The notes beneath the pieces are model-generated. The model saw only the letters and a program-made list of their open reading frames with translations, was not told the DNA's origin and made no database searches. Shown piece by piece: positions 8,493 through 16,564 of a stretch of 32,000 nt of DNA (its first letter is position 1; each line of letters opens with the position of its first letter). The position numbers were made by a program, and so were the translations under genes. Location: assembly GCA_964637985.1 (NCBI GenBank), contig CAZWXR010000002.1, positions 1-32,000 of the forward strand, written 5' to 3'. Source of the DNA: an uncultured Candidatus Poseidoniales archaeon (GTDB lineage Archaea > Thermoplasmatota > Poseidoniia > Poseidoniales > Poseidoniaceae).

Positions 8493-10301
8493 ATGAATAT
8501 GCGTCCCCAAGTGCTTTTCATTTTGAGCATACTGTTGACGAGTTCTATCTCTGGATGCTTCGGTGAAACTGATGGTGAAACTGAACAAGAGATTTCTAAC
8601 AATACCTATCCGCAGCCGTGGGAACGTAGTGAACTTTCATACCAAGACACCGATGTATTCGCTCGAGTCTCAATCAACGGCTCTTTCCCAATCGGCGAAG
8701 TGGATTCCGTCTTCGTGTCAGTGCCAACGATTACAGCCGCCGACGGAGGTGCTGGGCTGACAGGTGATGCTCAAGTTCATCTTGGACTTTGGTTGCCGGT
8801 GATCGAAGGTTGTGATTTTTCTTCAGCCAACCTTTCACCCGAATGTCAAGTACCGGTGATCGCAGAGATTGGACCATATTACAGCGATGGGGATGTTGAC
8901 GCCCTTACGCCCGCTGACCGACTTGGTCGAATGCTTATCGAGAATTATGTGCCTCATGGCTTCGGCGTGGCCCAAGTTTCTGTGTTTGGGACAGGGGAAT
9001 CGAATCACTGCATGGACTTGATGGGGACCGACGAGCAAAGAGGTATCGATGCAGCAGTTACCTGGTTAGGTTCACAGCCATGGTCGAATGGTAAGGTAGG
9101 TATTATCGGTAAATCATACGATGGGAGTACGCCTTGGCAAGCAGCAACCTTCGGAAATCCGTATCTTGCCACAATCGTTCCTATGTCAGGGCTCATCGGC
9201 GTGCACGAATTAATGTGGAGAAACGGAAGTATGGAAGCCCGTGGTATGATTATGCACAACGGCGTTTACGGTTCCTTTGGAATCGATGGTGATTCAAACG
9301 ACCTCCAGACCCTCTGCGAAGGTTATCTTGAGGGATATTTCAACGGACCAGCAGCGTATTTGTCAGGTGGTATGGTCACATATGCAGGCAACGATTATTG
9401 GACAGAGCGGTCATTTCTGGACAGAGTTGTCGAGAATTACAACGGTTCTATTTACATCATTCAAGGTATGCAGGATTGGAATGTCGACCCCCATATGGCA
9501 TTTCCCACTCATCAAATCATCGAAGATGCAGGCATCGAAATCAAGACACTTGCAGGTCAATGGGCTCACGATTACCCCGACAGAGCAACCGGACATTCTT
9601 CGTTACCATCAGGTGAAGGTCAAGAAGCGTATCCATATACACTGCGTTGGGATTGGGCCGATGAAATGCTGTATTGGTTCAATTGGTACCTGAAAGGTGA
9701 GGGCACAGCCCCAACGCTCGGAGTAGAAATGCAAGATAACCGCGGAGGCTGGCGATTTGAAACAACCTACCCCCCAATGGACACAACGTTCCTTGAAATT
9801 CCCGCAACTGAACTGAACCCTACTGGAGCATCGATGAGTTCAACAGATAGTATAACAATGACCTATGGTCCATTTGAAAGCGATGTGTACATCATTGGTA
9901 TGCCTTCATTTCACATCCCTGTGACGCCTCATACTTCAAACGGTGCTCACGGATATCTAGAGATGACAGATAGCACGGGCATGCATTTAGGTCACGCCGT
10001 GATGGACTTCCGATTCCACGAAGGTGGCAGAGATGGGCAAGAAGCACTTGTCCCATTTGTGACTGTCACAGGTAAAATGGAATTTCTACCGATGGACATC
10101 TTCCTTGAAGCGGGTGAATCAATTATCATCGAAATGCAACAAACTGGGTACGATTATGTGCCATCACCAGTGAGCGCTGGACAATTTTCAATCGATTGGT
10201 CAACTGCAACGCTTACTTTACCCATCATCTACAGAACATGCGATGATTTGTTCCAAGCACCAATGCATGAGTACAGTGAAGAAAGTCAACGACAATGTTA
10301 A
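8493..10301 (+). CDS. Secreted lipoprotein, Xaa-Pro dipeptidyl-peptidase / CocE-NonD family serine hydrolase (peptidase S15-like)
   Basis: Signal peptide plus lipobox ISGC. Alpha/beta-hydrolase nucleophile elbow IIGKSYDGS (Ser codon at 9114-9116). Long C-terminal beta-rich domain, as in S15/CocE proteins. The start is ATG 8493 or 8499; the track start 8481 is TTG. Confidence 0.75.
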   Translation: MNMRPQVLFILSILLTSSISGCFGETDGETEQEISNNTYPQPWERSELSYQDTDVFARVSINGSFPIGEVDSVFVSVPTITAADGGAGLTGDAQVHLGLWLPVIEGCDFSSANLSPECQVPVIAEIGPYYSDGDVDALTPADRLGRMLIENYVPHGFGVAQVSVFGTGESNHCMDLMGTDEQRGIDAAVTWLGSQPWSNGKVGIIGKSYDGSTPWQAATFGNPYLATIVPMSGLIGVHELMWRNGSMEARGMIMHNGVYGSFGIDGDSNDLQTLCEGYLEGYFNGPAAYLSGGMVTYAGNDYWTERSFLDRVVENYNGSIYIIQGMQDWNVDPHMAFPTHQIIEDAGIEIKTLAGQWAHDYPDRATGHSSLPSGEGQEAYPYTLRWDWADEMLYWFNWYLKGEGTAPTLGVEMQDNRGGWRFETTYPPMDTTFLEIPATELNPTGASMSSTDSITMTYGPFESDVYIIGMPSFHIPVTPHTSNGAHGYLEMTDSTGMHLGHAVMDFRFHEGGRDGQEALVPFVTVTGKMEFLPMDIFLEAGESIIIEMQQTGYDYVPSPVSAGQFSIDWSTATLTLPIIYRTCDDLFQAPMHEYSEESQRQC

Positions 10302-10303
10302 TT

Positions 10304-11449
10304 TTAACTGAAGTCAATACCGTTTTTGATATATCGAGTCGCATCACGTACCCACATTTTCTTTTCCTGAGTTGTGAGGACCGAATCAACGATTAATTTT
10401 CCTTCTCGATTCAGTTTTGTTTTTCTTGTTTCAAGTAGGGGCATTGCAAGAATCAATTTTGCGAGTTGGATTTTTTCTTTTGGAGTTAACGTGTCATATC
10501 CTGGTTCCGGTGTCGTAAACTCACAATTTTTGAAATTGAGAAAGAGAATAAGGAATTCAATGTTTGGATGAATGGCTTTTGCTCCATGAACATGGCGTTG
10601 AATGGAATTTTTGATGAGCACAGTCATTTGAGGTGACAAGTTGTGATTGAGTTGAATCTCATCAAGCACCCCTTTCGTCGCTTCTTGACCGTTTGCCCTA
10701 CAAATGAGTTCATTCATGACAACGGTGGTCCCAACCATATTCCAGATGACATAAACAGGGAGGAGAAGCCATTCAACGAATACTCTTGGTGCAGTACGCC
10801 CAAACATTCTTGCTAAAATTCTACGTAAGATCCGTTTTACACCCGCATTGAAGAGAAGCACTTGTGCTCTATATGCGGCGCCTTTAGCAGCGATGGCTGC
10901 TTTCGAAGATTTTTCAAGTGGGTCGATACCAAACTTTGGGCTTGTATCTCTATTCATCCCAAGAGCTGCCTTGGTTAACCCGAGCGGAAGGGTTTGTTGA
11001 ATTGCTTCGTCGACTTCACTTTCTGCATCAACATCTCGTTGAGTGATTTGATTCATCTTGCCTGCTGCACGCACAGCATCATTATACAACAAAAGCAATT
11101 CAAGTATTGTCGCAAGAAGAGAAACTGCAATAATCAATCCGATGAAAAATGCGTAATCCCAACCAGTGACACTGTGCGTTTCTGTGTTTAGATGGGGATA
11201 TTGAACGAGGATGACCTGGTACAAGATGAGAATAGGTATGGCACTGGCGATTGCTCCAATCGCTCCACTTCGTAAGACAGCGATATACCCGACTTTCTTT
11301 GTTCGCTGAACCCTTTCCTTGCGACTTTGCGGCGTTCCATATTTTGTATCAAAGATGGAGCCGAAGGAAAGAATTCTTTTTGTTGCAAAATCTAAGATTT
11401 TTGAACCGGTTTGCAGGAAGTTCTTCGGTTGGGAAGATTTTTCCTGCAT
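10304..11449 (-). CDS. Hypothetical membrane protein (about 3 TM helices, basic N-terminus, about 135-aa C-terminal soluble domain)
   Basis: Clean 381-aa ORF with an ATG start, lying 54 nt downstream of the NikR-like gene on the same strand. Hydrophobic segments: IAVLRSGAIGAIASAIPILILYQVILV, FFIGLIIAVSLLATILELLLLY, VEWLLLPVYVIWNMVGTTVVM. No family recognised. Confidence 0.6.
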   Translation of the reverse strand: MQEKSSQPKNFLQTGSKILDFATKRILSFGSIFDTKYGTPQSRKERVQRTKKVGYIAVLRSGAIGAIASAIPILILYQVILVQYPHLNTETHSVTGWDYAFFIGLIIAVSLLATILELLLLYNDAVRAAGKMNQITQRDVDAESEVDEAIQQTLPLGLTKAALGMNRDTSPKFGIDPLEKSSKAAIAAKGAAYRAQVLLFNAGVKRILRRILARMFGRTAPRVFVEWLLLPVYVIWNMVGTTVVMNELICRANGQEATKGVLDEIQLNHNLSPQMTVLIKNSIQRHVHGAKAIHPNIEFLILFLNFKNCEFTTPEPGYDTLTPKEKIQLAKLILAMPLLETRKTKLNREGKLIVDSVLTTQEKKMWVRDATRYIKNGIDFS

Positions 11450-11503
11450 GATGCTGATGACGAGAGGTTCTTTTTATGCTTCTCGATTTTTATTTCACCG
11501 TCT

Positions 11504-11929
11504 TCAACAACATCCGTTTGAGCGTGTAGGTGCAGTGACGAATTGAACTCTATCGATTTGCGTTGTGTTTTTGAGTTGGTCGAGCACCGAACGAATTGAT
11601 GCAACTGAAGCTCTTGTTTGTAATGTATCAACACATGTGTGGGATTCAGTTAGACAATTGTGATGGTATGAGGAAACTTCAATAGAATGTGAATGTCGAA
11701 TATTGAGTAACTTTTGTTCAATGCCGTGCTGATAATAAATGATGAGCGTCCCATCAACAATTTCTTTGTCGTCCATCGATTGAAGGTCGCCCCTTTGAAG
11801 TGAATCGGAGAAGAAAAGACTGGCATCACGCAGGAACATGCTTCGATTCTTGTAGCCACTTTCTTGAATCATCTTTTCTAACTCGACAGCAAATTGGTCA
11901 TCCGTGCTAAATGAAAGGATTCTAGACAT
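11504..11929 (-). CDS. nikR: NikR-family metal-responsive transcriptional regulator (ribbon-helix-helix plus ACT-like metal-binding domain)
   Basis: The N-terminus MSRILSFSTDDQFAVELEKMIQESGYKNRSMFLRDASLFF matches the RHH/CopG fold and the NikR signature GY-x-NRS...RD. The C-terminal domain is His/Cys rich (RHSH, YHHNC, HTC, terminal GCC). ATG at 11929; the track start at 11947 is TTG. Confidence 0.8.
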   Translation of the reverse strand: MSRILSFSTDDQFAVELEKMIQESGYKNRSMFLRDASLFFSDSLQRGDLQSMDDKEIVDGTLIIYYQHGIEQKLLNIRHSHSIEVSSYHHNCLTESHTCVDTLQTRASVASIRSVLDQLKNTTQIDRVQFVTAPTRSNGCC

Positions 11930-11949
11930 GAATAGACCACGGGTCAAAA

Positions 11950-11979
11950 GTTAATAACATTTTTTAAATATATATTAAC
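11950..11979. promoter_or_regulatory. Perfect 7-bp inverted repeat GTTAATA-N16-TATTAAC in the nikR-like/ZIP divergent intergenic region; candidate operator
   Basis: Read directly: GTTAATA at 11950-11956, TATTAAC at 11973-11979, with a 16-nt AT-rich spacer. It lies 20 nt from the nikR-like ATG and 13 nt from the ZIP ATG. The N16 spacing equals that of the E. coli NikR operator (GTATGA-N16-TCATAC). Confidence 0.4.
11961..11975. promoter_or_regulatory. TATA-box-like element TTTTTAAATATATAT inside the dyad spacer
   Basis: AT-only 15-mer centred about 25 nt upstream of the ZIP ATG (11993), consistent with a leaderless archaeal mRNA, and about 39 nt upstream of the nikR-like ATG. It could serve either or both divergent genes. 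Confidence 0.45.
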
Positions 11980-11992
11980 CTACCAGAGTGTC

Positions 11993-13087
11993 ATGTTCGA
12001 ACTCGTAACCTATGCAACAATTGCTCTTATCATCGGTCTTGTGTGCGGGCTGCTACCTGTTTTTTCTAAATTTGATGAAAATCAAGACCGACTAAAAATG
12101 CTCACTGGCATTGCCTCTGGAATTATTATCGCTTCTGCATTTCTTGTTGTTATACCCGAGGGTTTTGAGTTGGCGTCAACGGATGAACACGGTGCTGAAC
12201 AAATACTAGGTGGTCATGTTGCTTTGGTGCTCCTCGAAGTGAATGATGGCGATATAACTGCTCAACAAGGCATCGAAGAAATTGAAGAGTTGCTCGGTGG
12301 TCACGACGAGCATGAAGATGAGCACGCCGGCGAAGACCATGATGAAGGGTTGAAATCTCAAATTACACATGTGATTGAGGAAGTAGAATCAGGAGAAATA
12401 AACGCTACTGCTGGGATATCCGAGATACATGATTTGGTCGCTTTGCATGCCCATGTTGATGATGAAGATGAACACAGCGACATATTGCTTGTTGGCGGTG
12501 CGATCCTTGCCGGGTTCCTTTTGATGCTAATCTTGGAAGGTGCAGGTATTGGGCACGCGGTTCACGAAGAACATCATCACCATCATGATGACCACGGACA
12601 TGACCATGTCCACCACAACTCAGTAGGTTGGATGCTTGTCTTTGGGTTAACACTCCACGCTGCAGTCGATGGTTTAGCCGTTGGAGCAGCAGCAGCAACT
12701 GGTTCTATCTCAGTTTCCATGACAATTCTTCTCGCAGTGTTGATTCACAAAGGACCAGCTGCCTTGAGTCTCGGAATATTTTCACTCCATGAACGAGAAT
12801 CTCGAAAAGAATCAATTCAAGATGTGGTCATCTTTTCATTAGCAACACCTTTGATGATTTTTATCGCATATTTCCTCTTATCTTCCCTTGATACTCAAAT
12901 GATTGGCATTGCTATGCTCTTTTCAGCGGGTACATTTCTTTACGTTGCTACTGTGGATACACTACCGGACATACATAATGCAGAAACAGGAAAGAAAGCC
13001 ATGCTCTACGTGGTCACCGGGGCACTTCTCATGACATTACTCCTTGTCATATTAAGCATGACTGGAGCATTATCTCACGGCCATTAG
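11993..13087 (+). CDS. ZIP-family divalent metal permease with an about 100-aa acidic/His-rich insertion between TM2 and TM3 and a His-rich TM3-TM4 loop
   Basis: ZIP signatures LHAAVDGLAVG (TM4 HxxxDG) and IHKGPAALSLG (TM5). About 8 hydrophobic helices. Loop HEEHHHHHDDHGHDHVHH. ATG start. Confidence 0.85.
   Translation: MFELVTYATIALIIGLVCGLLPVFSKFDENQDRLKMLTGIASGIIIASAFLVVIPEGFELASTDEHGAEQILGGHVALVLLEVNDGDITAQQGIEEIEELLGGHDEHEDEHAGEDHDEGLKSQITHVIEEVESGEINATAGISEIHDLVALHAHVDDEDEHSDILLVGGAILAGFLLMLILEGAGIGHAVHEEHHHHHDDHGHDHVHHNSVGWMLVFGLTLHAAVDGLAVGAAAATGSISVSMTILLAVLIHKGPAALSLGIFSLHERESRKESIQDVVIFSLATPLMIFIAYFLLSSLDTQMIGIAMLFSAGTFLYVATVDTLPDIHNAETGKKAMLYVVTGALLMTLLLVILSMTGALSHGH
12218..12475 (+). 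repeat. Internal duplication (protein level, period 48 aa = 144 nt) inside the ZIP TM2-TM3 insertion
   Basis: aa 82-111, EVNDGDITAQQGIEEIEELLGGH..DEHEDEH, aligns with aa 130-161, EVESGEINATAGISEIHDLVALHAHVDDEDEH. Eleven of 23 core positions are identical, with conservative D/E and L/V swaps. Both copies end in an (D/E)x(E)DEH cluster. Confidence 0.65.
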
Positions 13088-13159
13088 TCATCAGCGAACG
13101 CAGTATTGAGGGCTTCAAAATCCGCTATGCTCTTAAGCCATTGACAACCATTGTTTTGC

Positions 13160-15139
13160 ATGCTGTCAAAACAACATGGAAGCATCAGCGACAAATTGAT
13201 GCACAAATTAACCGTTCACTTTGGTAGTGAAGAGCAGGTATTTGACACACTAAAAAATGGTGAAATCGATAAAATCGCTCAAGTTCAAGGCATTTCAACC
13301 CAAAGGGCGTTGTCAATAGCAAGACAATTTATGGGTGGAGCAACATCATTTCTTTCAACAAAAGAATCTGTTCGTCTGTATGAATTGCTCATCAAAGACC
13401 TGCAAAATTATACTTCAACCTCGGCAACAAAAAAACAGATTCAATTGATGACCCCTCTTCAAGATCAATCGAAGAGAGTTGAATTATCCCGCCATGCACT
13501 TCAACTCGAGGAAGAGGTGCTTCAAGACATGGGTGACTTGATGTCGCACATTCGTCCTTTCAAAGAACCTCAAAAAAAGTACGAACGTGTTATTGTCACA
13601 AGAAATGAACTTTCACACGTAAAAGGAAAATGCAGGATGTACACCCCGTCAGACGAAGAATCGTGGAAGGATTACACAGTTTTTCCAAAAGTGACATGGG
13701 TTGGTGAAGGTGCTCCATTGGATGCACCAGATGGATGGCTGGTGTTTCCCAAACAAATGGATGACTTCCGAATATTGCCCGAATATGTCATCGATTGGTT
13801 CCAACTCAACGCTGATACGATCAAAACGATGGTCATCATCATTGAGAGATGTGCAGAAATGACAAAAGAGAATCTGCATTTCGAATCAATTTCTCAGCGA
13901 ATTGGTGAAATACAGGGACTCGTTCGACACCTAACGACACTAGAATCTCTTGGCAAAGAGGATATCATTGAAGGGATTCGTGACCAATTATGGCGAACTG
14001 CTAAACGTATTGAGCAAGAAATGCAGGATGAGGTGACGACTGCAATTCAAGATCAAAGCGTTGCTCTGCAGGGCGAGGAATTGCTCGAAGCACTGAGCAA
14101 CAACTCATCGCTCAAGCGAAAGTTACAATCTGCAACGGCTAACATCATTGAAGAGGCAGTGGAGAAGGCTTATCACAAATTCACGCAATTTTTGGAGCCA
14201 TCAGGTGTACAATGCTCGATGCAGTTGTTCACAGATGGTTGGCCTTCGGTTGTAAATAAAGCAGAACTTGATGATATCCATGAAGCACTTTCTGAGATGA
14301 TTGAATCGAATGAACTACAAAAAGTTGTTTCGCTCGCAACTGCTTTGGAACCTTTCATCGAATCTTCAAAAGATTGGTACCGAGAATGTATCACACTAGA
14401 CATTTGGATGTCAGTTGGTCGTTGGGCCCATCATCATGGATGCAGAATACCTTCGTTTTCGCCACACGGCATTTCGGTCATCGACGCCTTTCACCCATTC
14501 ATCGATGGAATACCAGAGCCAGTTACATACGCATTAGGCCAATGTGCTGGAAAAGATGACCGGCAAAATCTTGCTCTCCTCACTGGAGCAAATTCGGGTG
14601 GGAAAACTACACTTCTTGAGACACTATCATTTGTTGTCATTTTAGCACACATGGGCCTTCCTGTACCCGCATCATCTGCAACGGTTGGAAAGGTTGAGTC
14701 ACTTCATGTCCTTGCCAAAGCGGGAGGGACTCAGAGTGCAGGTGCCCTTGAACAAACACTTGAACAACTTGCCAGAGTTGTCTCAGACCCCTCTCCCAAA
14801 TTCATTTTTGCTGACGAACTAGAAGCCATTACAGAGCCGGGAGCCGGTGCAAAAATTATTGCAGGTATGTTGCTTGCCGCAGAACGTCAATCCCATACAA
14901 CAACAGTTCTCGTTACCCATCTTGCTCCAGCAATAATTGAAGCAACATGCAGGGATGATTTGCGAGTTGATGGCATTGAAGCGAGGGGGCTGGATGAGCA
15001 ACTCGAGTTGGTGGTTGATCGAAATCCTCGACGGAATTATTTGGCCAAATCAACACCCGAACTCATTCTACGAAGACTCCATCAGCGTAATTCAGGTTTA
15101 ATCGAGCAGTTGTTTGGCGACATTCTTGATTCATTTTGA
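13160..15139 (+). CDS. MutS-family ATPase paralogue (domain V only; HhH-containing N-terminus; no mismatch-binding domain, no Smr domain)
   Basis: Walker A LTGANSGGKTTLLE (about 14581-14620), Walker B FIFADELE, VLVTHL motif, and layout like MutS domain V. N-terminal helix-hairpin-helix-like IAQVQGISTQRALSIARQF. ATG at 13160; the track start 13151 is TTG. Confidence 0.75.
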   Translation: MLSKQHGSISDKLMHKLTVHFGSEEQVFDTLKNGEIDKIAQVQGISTQRALSIARQFMGGATSFLSTKESVRLYELLIKDLQNYTSTSATKKQIQLMTPLQDQSKRVELSRHALQLEEEVLQDMGDLMSHIRPFKEPQKKYERVIVTRNELSHVKGKCRMYTPSDEESWKDYTVFPKVTWVGEGAPLDAPDGWLVFPKQMDDFRILPEYVIDWFQLNADTIKTMVIIIERCAEMTKENLHFESISQRIGEIQGLVRHLTTLESLGKEDIIEGIRDQLWRTAKRIEQEMQDEVTTAIQDQSVALQGEELLEALSNNSSLKRKLQSATANIIEEAVEKAYHKFTQFLEPSGVQCSMQLFTDGWPSVVNKAELDDIHEALSEMIESNELQKVVSLATALEPFIESSKDWYRECITLDIWMSVGRWAHHHGCRIPSFSPHGISVIDAFHPFIDGIPEPVTYALGQCAGKDDRQNLALLTGANSGGKTTLLETLSFVVILAHMGLPVPASSATVGKVESLHVLAKAGGTQSAGALEQTLEQLARVVSDPSPKFIFADELEAITEPGAGAKIIAGMLLAAERQSHTTTVLVTHLAPAIIEATCRDDLRVDGIEARGLDEQLELVVDRNPRRNYLAKSTPELILRRLHQRNSGLIEQLFGDILDSF

Positions 15140-16558
15140 ACCGGTGTATTGAGGTAGTTCAATCTCTACTGCAAACAAGGGGTCAGCATGACTTGAGTCA
15201 TGGTATGCAACAACAACACCACCGTCCCTCAAGATACCAAGTGAGGCGAAATCAAATCGAATGTCATTTCCAGCACCGGAGGTTGAGTCGAGGTCACCAA
15301 GACCAATGTAGGTCAATGTATCAGGGCTCAAATCCTTTGAATATTCTCTAACATGATACACGATATCGACATCAGGTCCCTCATTCGATTGATACCGGAC
15401 ATTGAGAACGAAGAGGTCAAGTTCACCATTACCTTGGAATTCCCACTCTTCAATTGAGGAAGCAGTAGAGGATAAATCGTATGTTTGATTCTTCCAAGAC
15501 AGAGCACCATCGTTTGAGGTATAGTGAGTAAATACAGCAGATTGCATGGCAACACAGTGAATTGTTCCTGTTCTATCGATATGGCAATATTCACTCGGAA
15601 ATTGAATCTCGACTTCATTCCACGAGAGTGTAGTGTCGAGAAATGCAGCGTTTCCATTGTTGAAATACGACGGGAATAACAGCCCACCGCTAGGTACCGA
15701 AAACGCTCTCATTTCTTTGTGTGGTTTGTTGACATCCCAATATGCAGGCAGGTCTGTGAATGTGAGATTCAATTCTTCAATGGGTTCTCCACCGCCGCGA
15801 CCCGGGAACTGAATAGGATAGTAATTGAGTCCATCAACACTGATTTGTCCACCAGCGTTTTGTGTTTGGTGCCAGAAGTTCGAGACAACGAGACTTGCCC
15901 ATTCTCCGTTCCCTAAGGTCGAGTCGATTGGTCCTACGACTTCCACTTGCCATGAACGGTCGTAAAACGGTTCAGTTAATCGATTGTAGCACCATTTCCA
16001 AGCCATTTCTGATTCGTCGTATAGAATTGCGTAAAATTTGTCGAGTTTTCCATCGGCACCGATGTAGGGGAACCACGACATCGAAATGATATCGCCGTTG
16101 GTAGCTTGTACGATGCTTCCTTCACCTAACCCCTCTTGACCTGGGTTTGTTGGGATTGGGGTTCTGCATTGGGCATCTGGTAGAACGCCGGGAATGTAGG
16201 TGTCCCACTCGTGCCCACGGTCAACCGAATACACGGGGTATTCGCCTCCGATATTAAGGATGGAACCTTCGACCGAAGTTGCCAAATAATGTTCACAACA
16301 ATTTCCTCCATAGGTTCGGTCGAATACAGCCCAACTCGTGTTGGTTGAGATGTTGGTGTTGAGATCAATAGTCTGAAACTTACGCTCATCGACGTGTGTT
16401 TGAGTATCGATGCGATTGTAATCTTCCCAGATACTTTTGATTTCTTGATTTTCTGTTTCGCCTTCTTCAGCCCCAAAGCATCCTGCGAGGGTCATGATGC
16501 TTACCATGAAAACTGCGAGGGCGACTCGTCGCATGCCAATGGCTTGTATCGGTCTCAT
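15131..16558 (-). CDS. Secreted lipoprotein with BNR/Asp-box repeats (sialidase-like beta-propeller)
   Basis: Signal peptide plus lipobox LAGC. Two Asp-box motifs SxDxGxxW (SVDRGHEW, SNDGALSW). Beta-rich composition throughout. The 3' end overlaps the MutS-like gene by 9 bp (convergent). Confidence 0.65.
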   Translation of the reverse strand: MRPIQAIGMRRVALAVFMVSIMTLAGCFGAEEGETENQEIKSIWEDYNRIDTQTHVDERKFQTIDLNTNISTNTSWAVFDRTYGGNCCEHYLATSVEGSILNIGGEYPVYSVDRGHEWDTYIPGVLPDAQCRTPIPTNPGQEGLGEGSIVQATNGDIISMSWFPYIGADGKLDKFYAILYDESEMAWKWCYNRLTEPFYDRSWQVEVVGPIDSTLGNGEWASLVVSNFWHQTQNAGGQISVDGLNYYPIQFPGRGGGEPIEELNLTFTDLPAYWDVNKPHKEMRAFSVPSGGLLFPSYFNNGNAAFLDTTLSWNEVEIQFPSEYCHIDRTGTIHCVAMQSAVFTHYTSNDGALSWKNQTYDLSSTASSIEEWEFQGNGELDLFVLNVRYQSNEGPDVDIVYHVREYSKDLSPDTLTYIGLGDLDSTSGAGNDIRFDFASLGILRDGGVVVAYHDSSHADPLFAVEIELPQYTGSK

Positions 16559-16564
16559 TTGAAC

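Noticed and set aside
10297-10308. The near-palindrome GTTAATTTTAAC at the junction of the S15 peptidase and the 381-aa gene, considered as a possible bidirectional terminator hairpin.
   Set aside because: It is just two back-to-back TAA stop codons 2 nt apart. A 5-bp stem with a 2-nt loop is sterically implausible, and only one strand carries a short T4 run.
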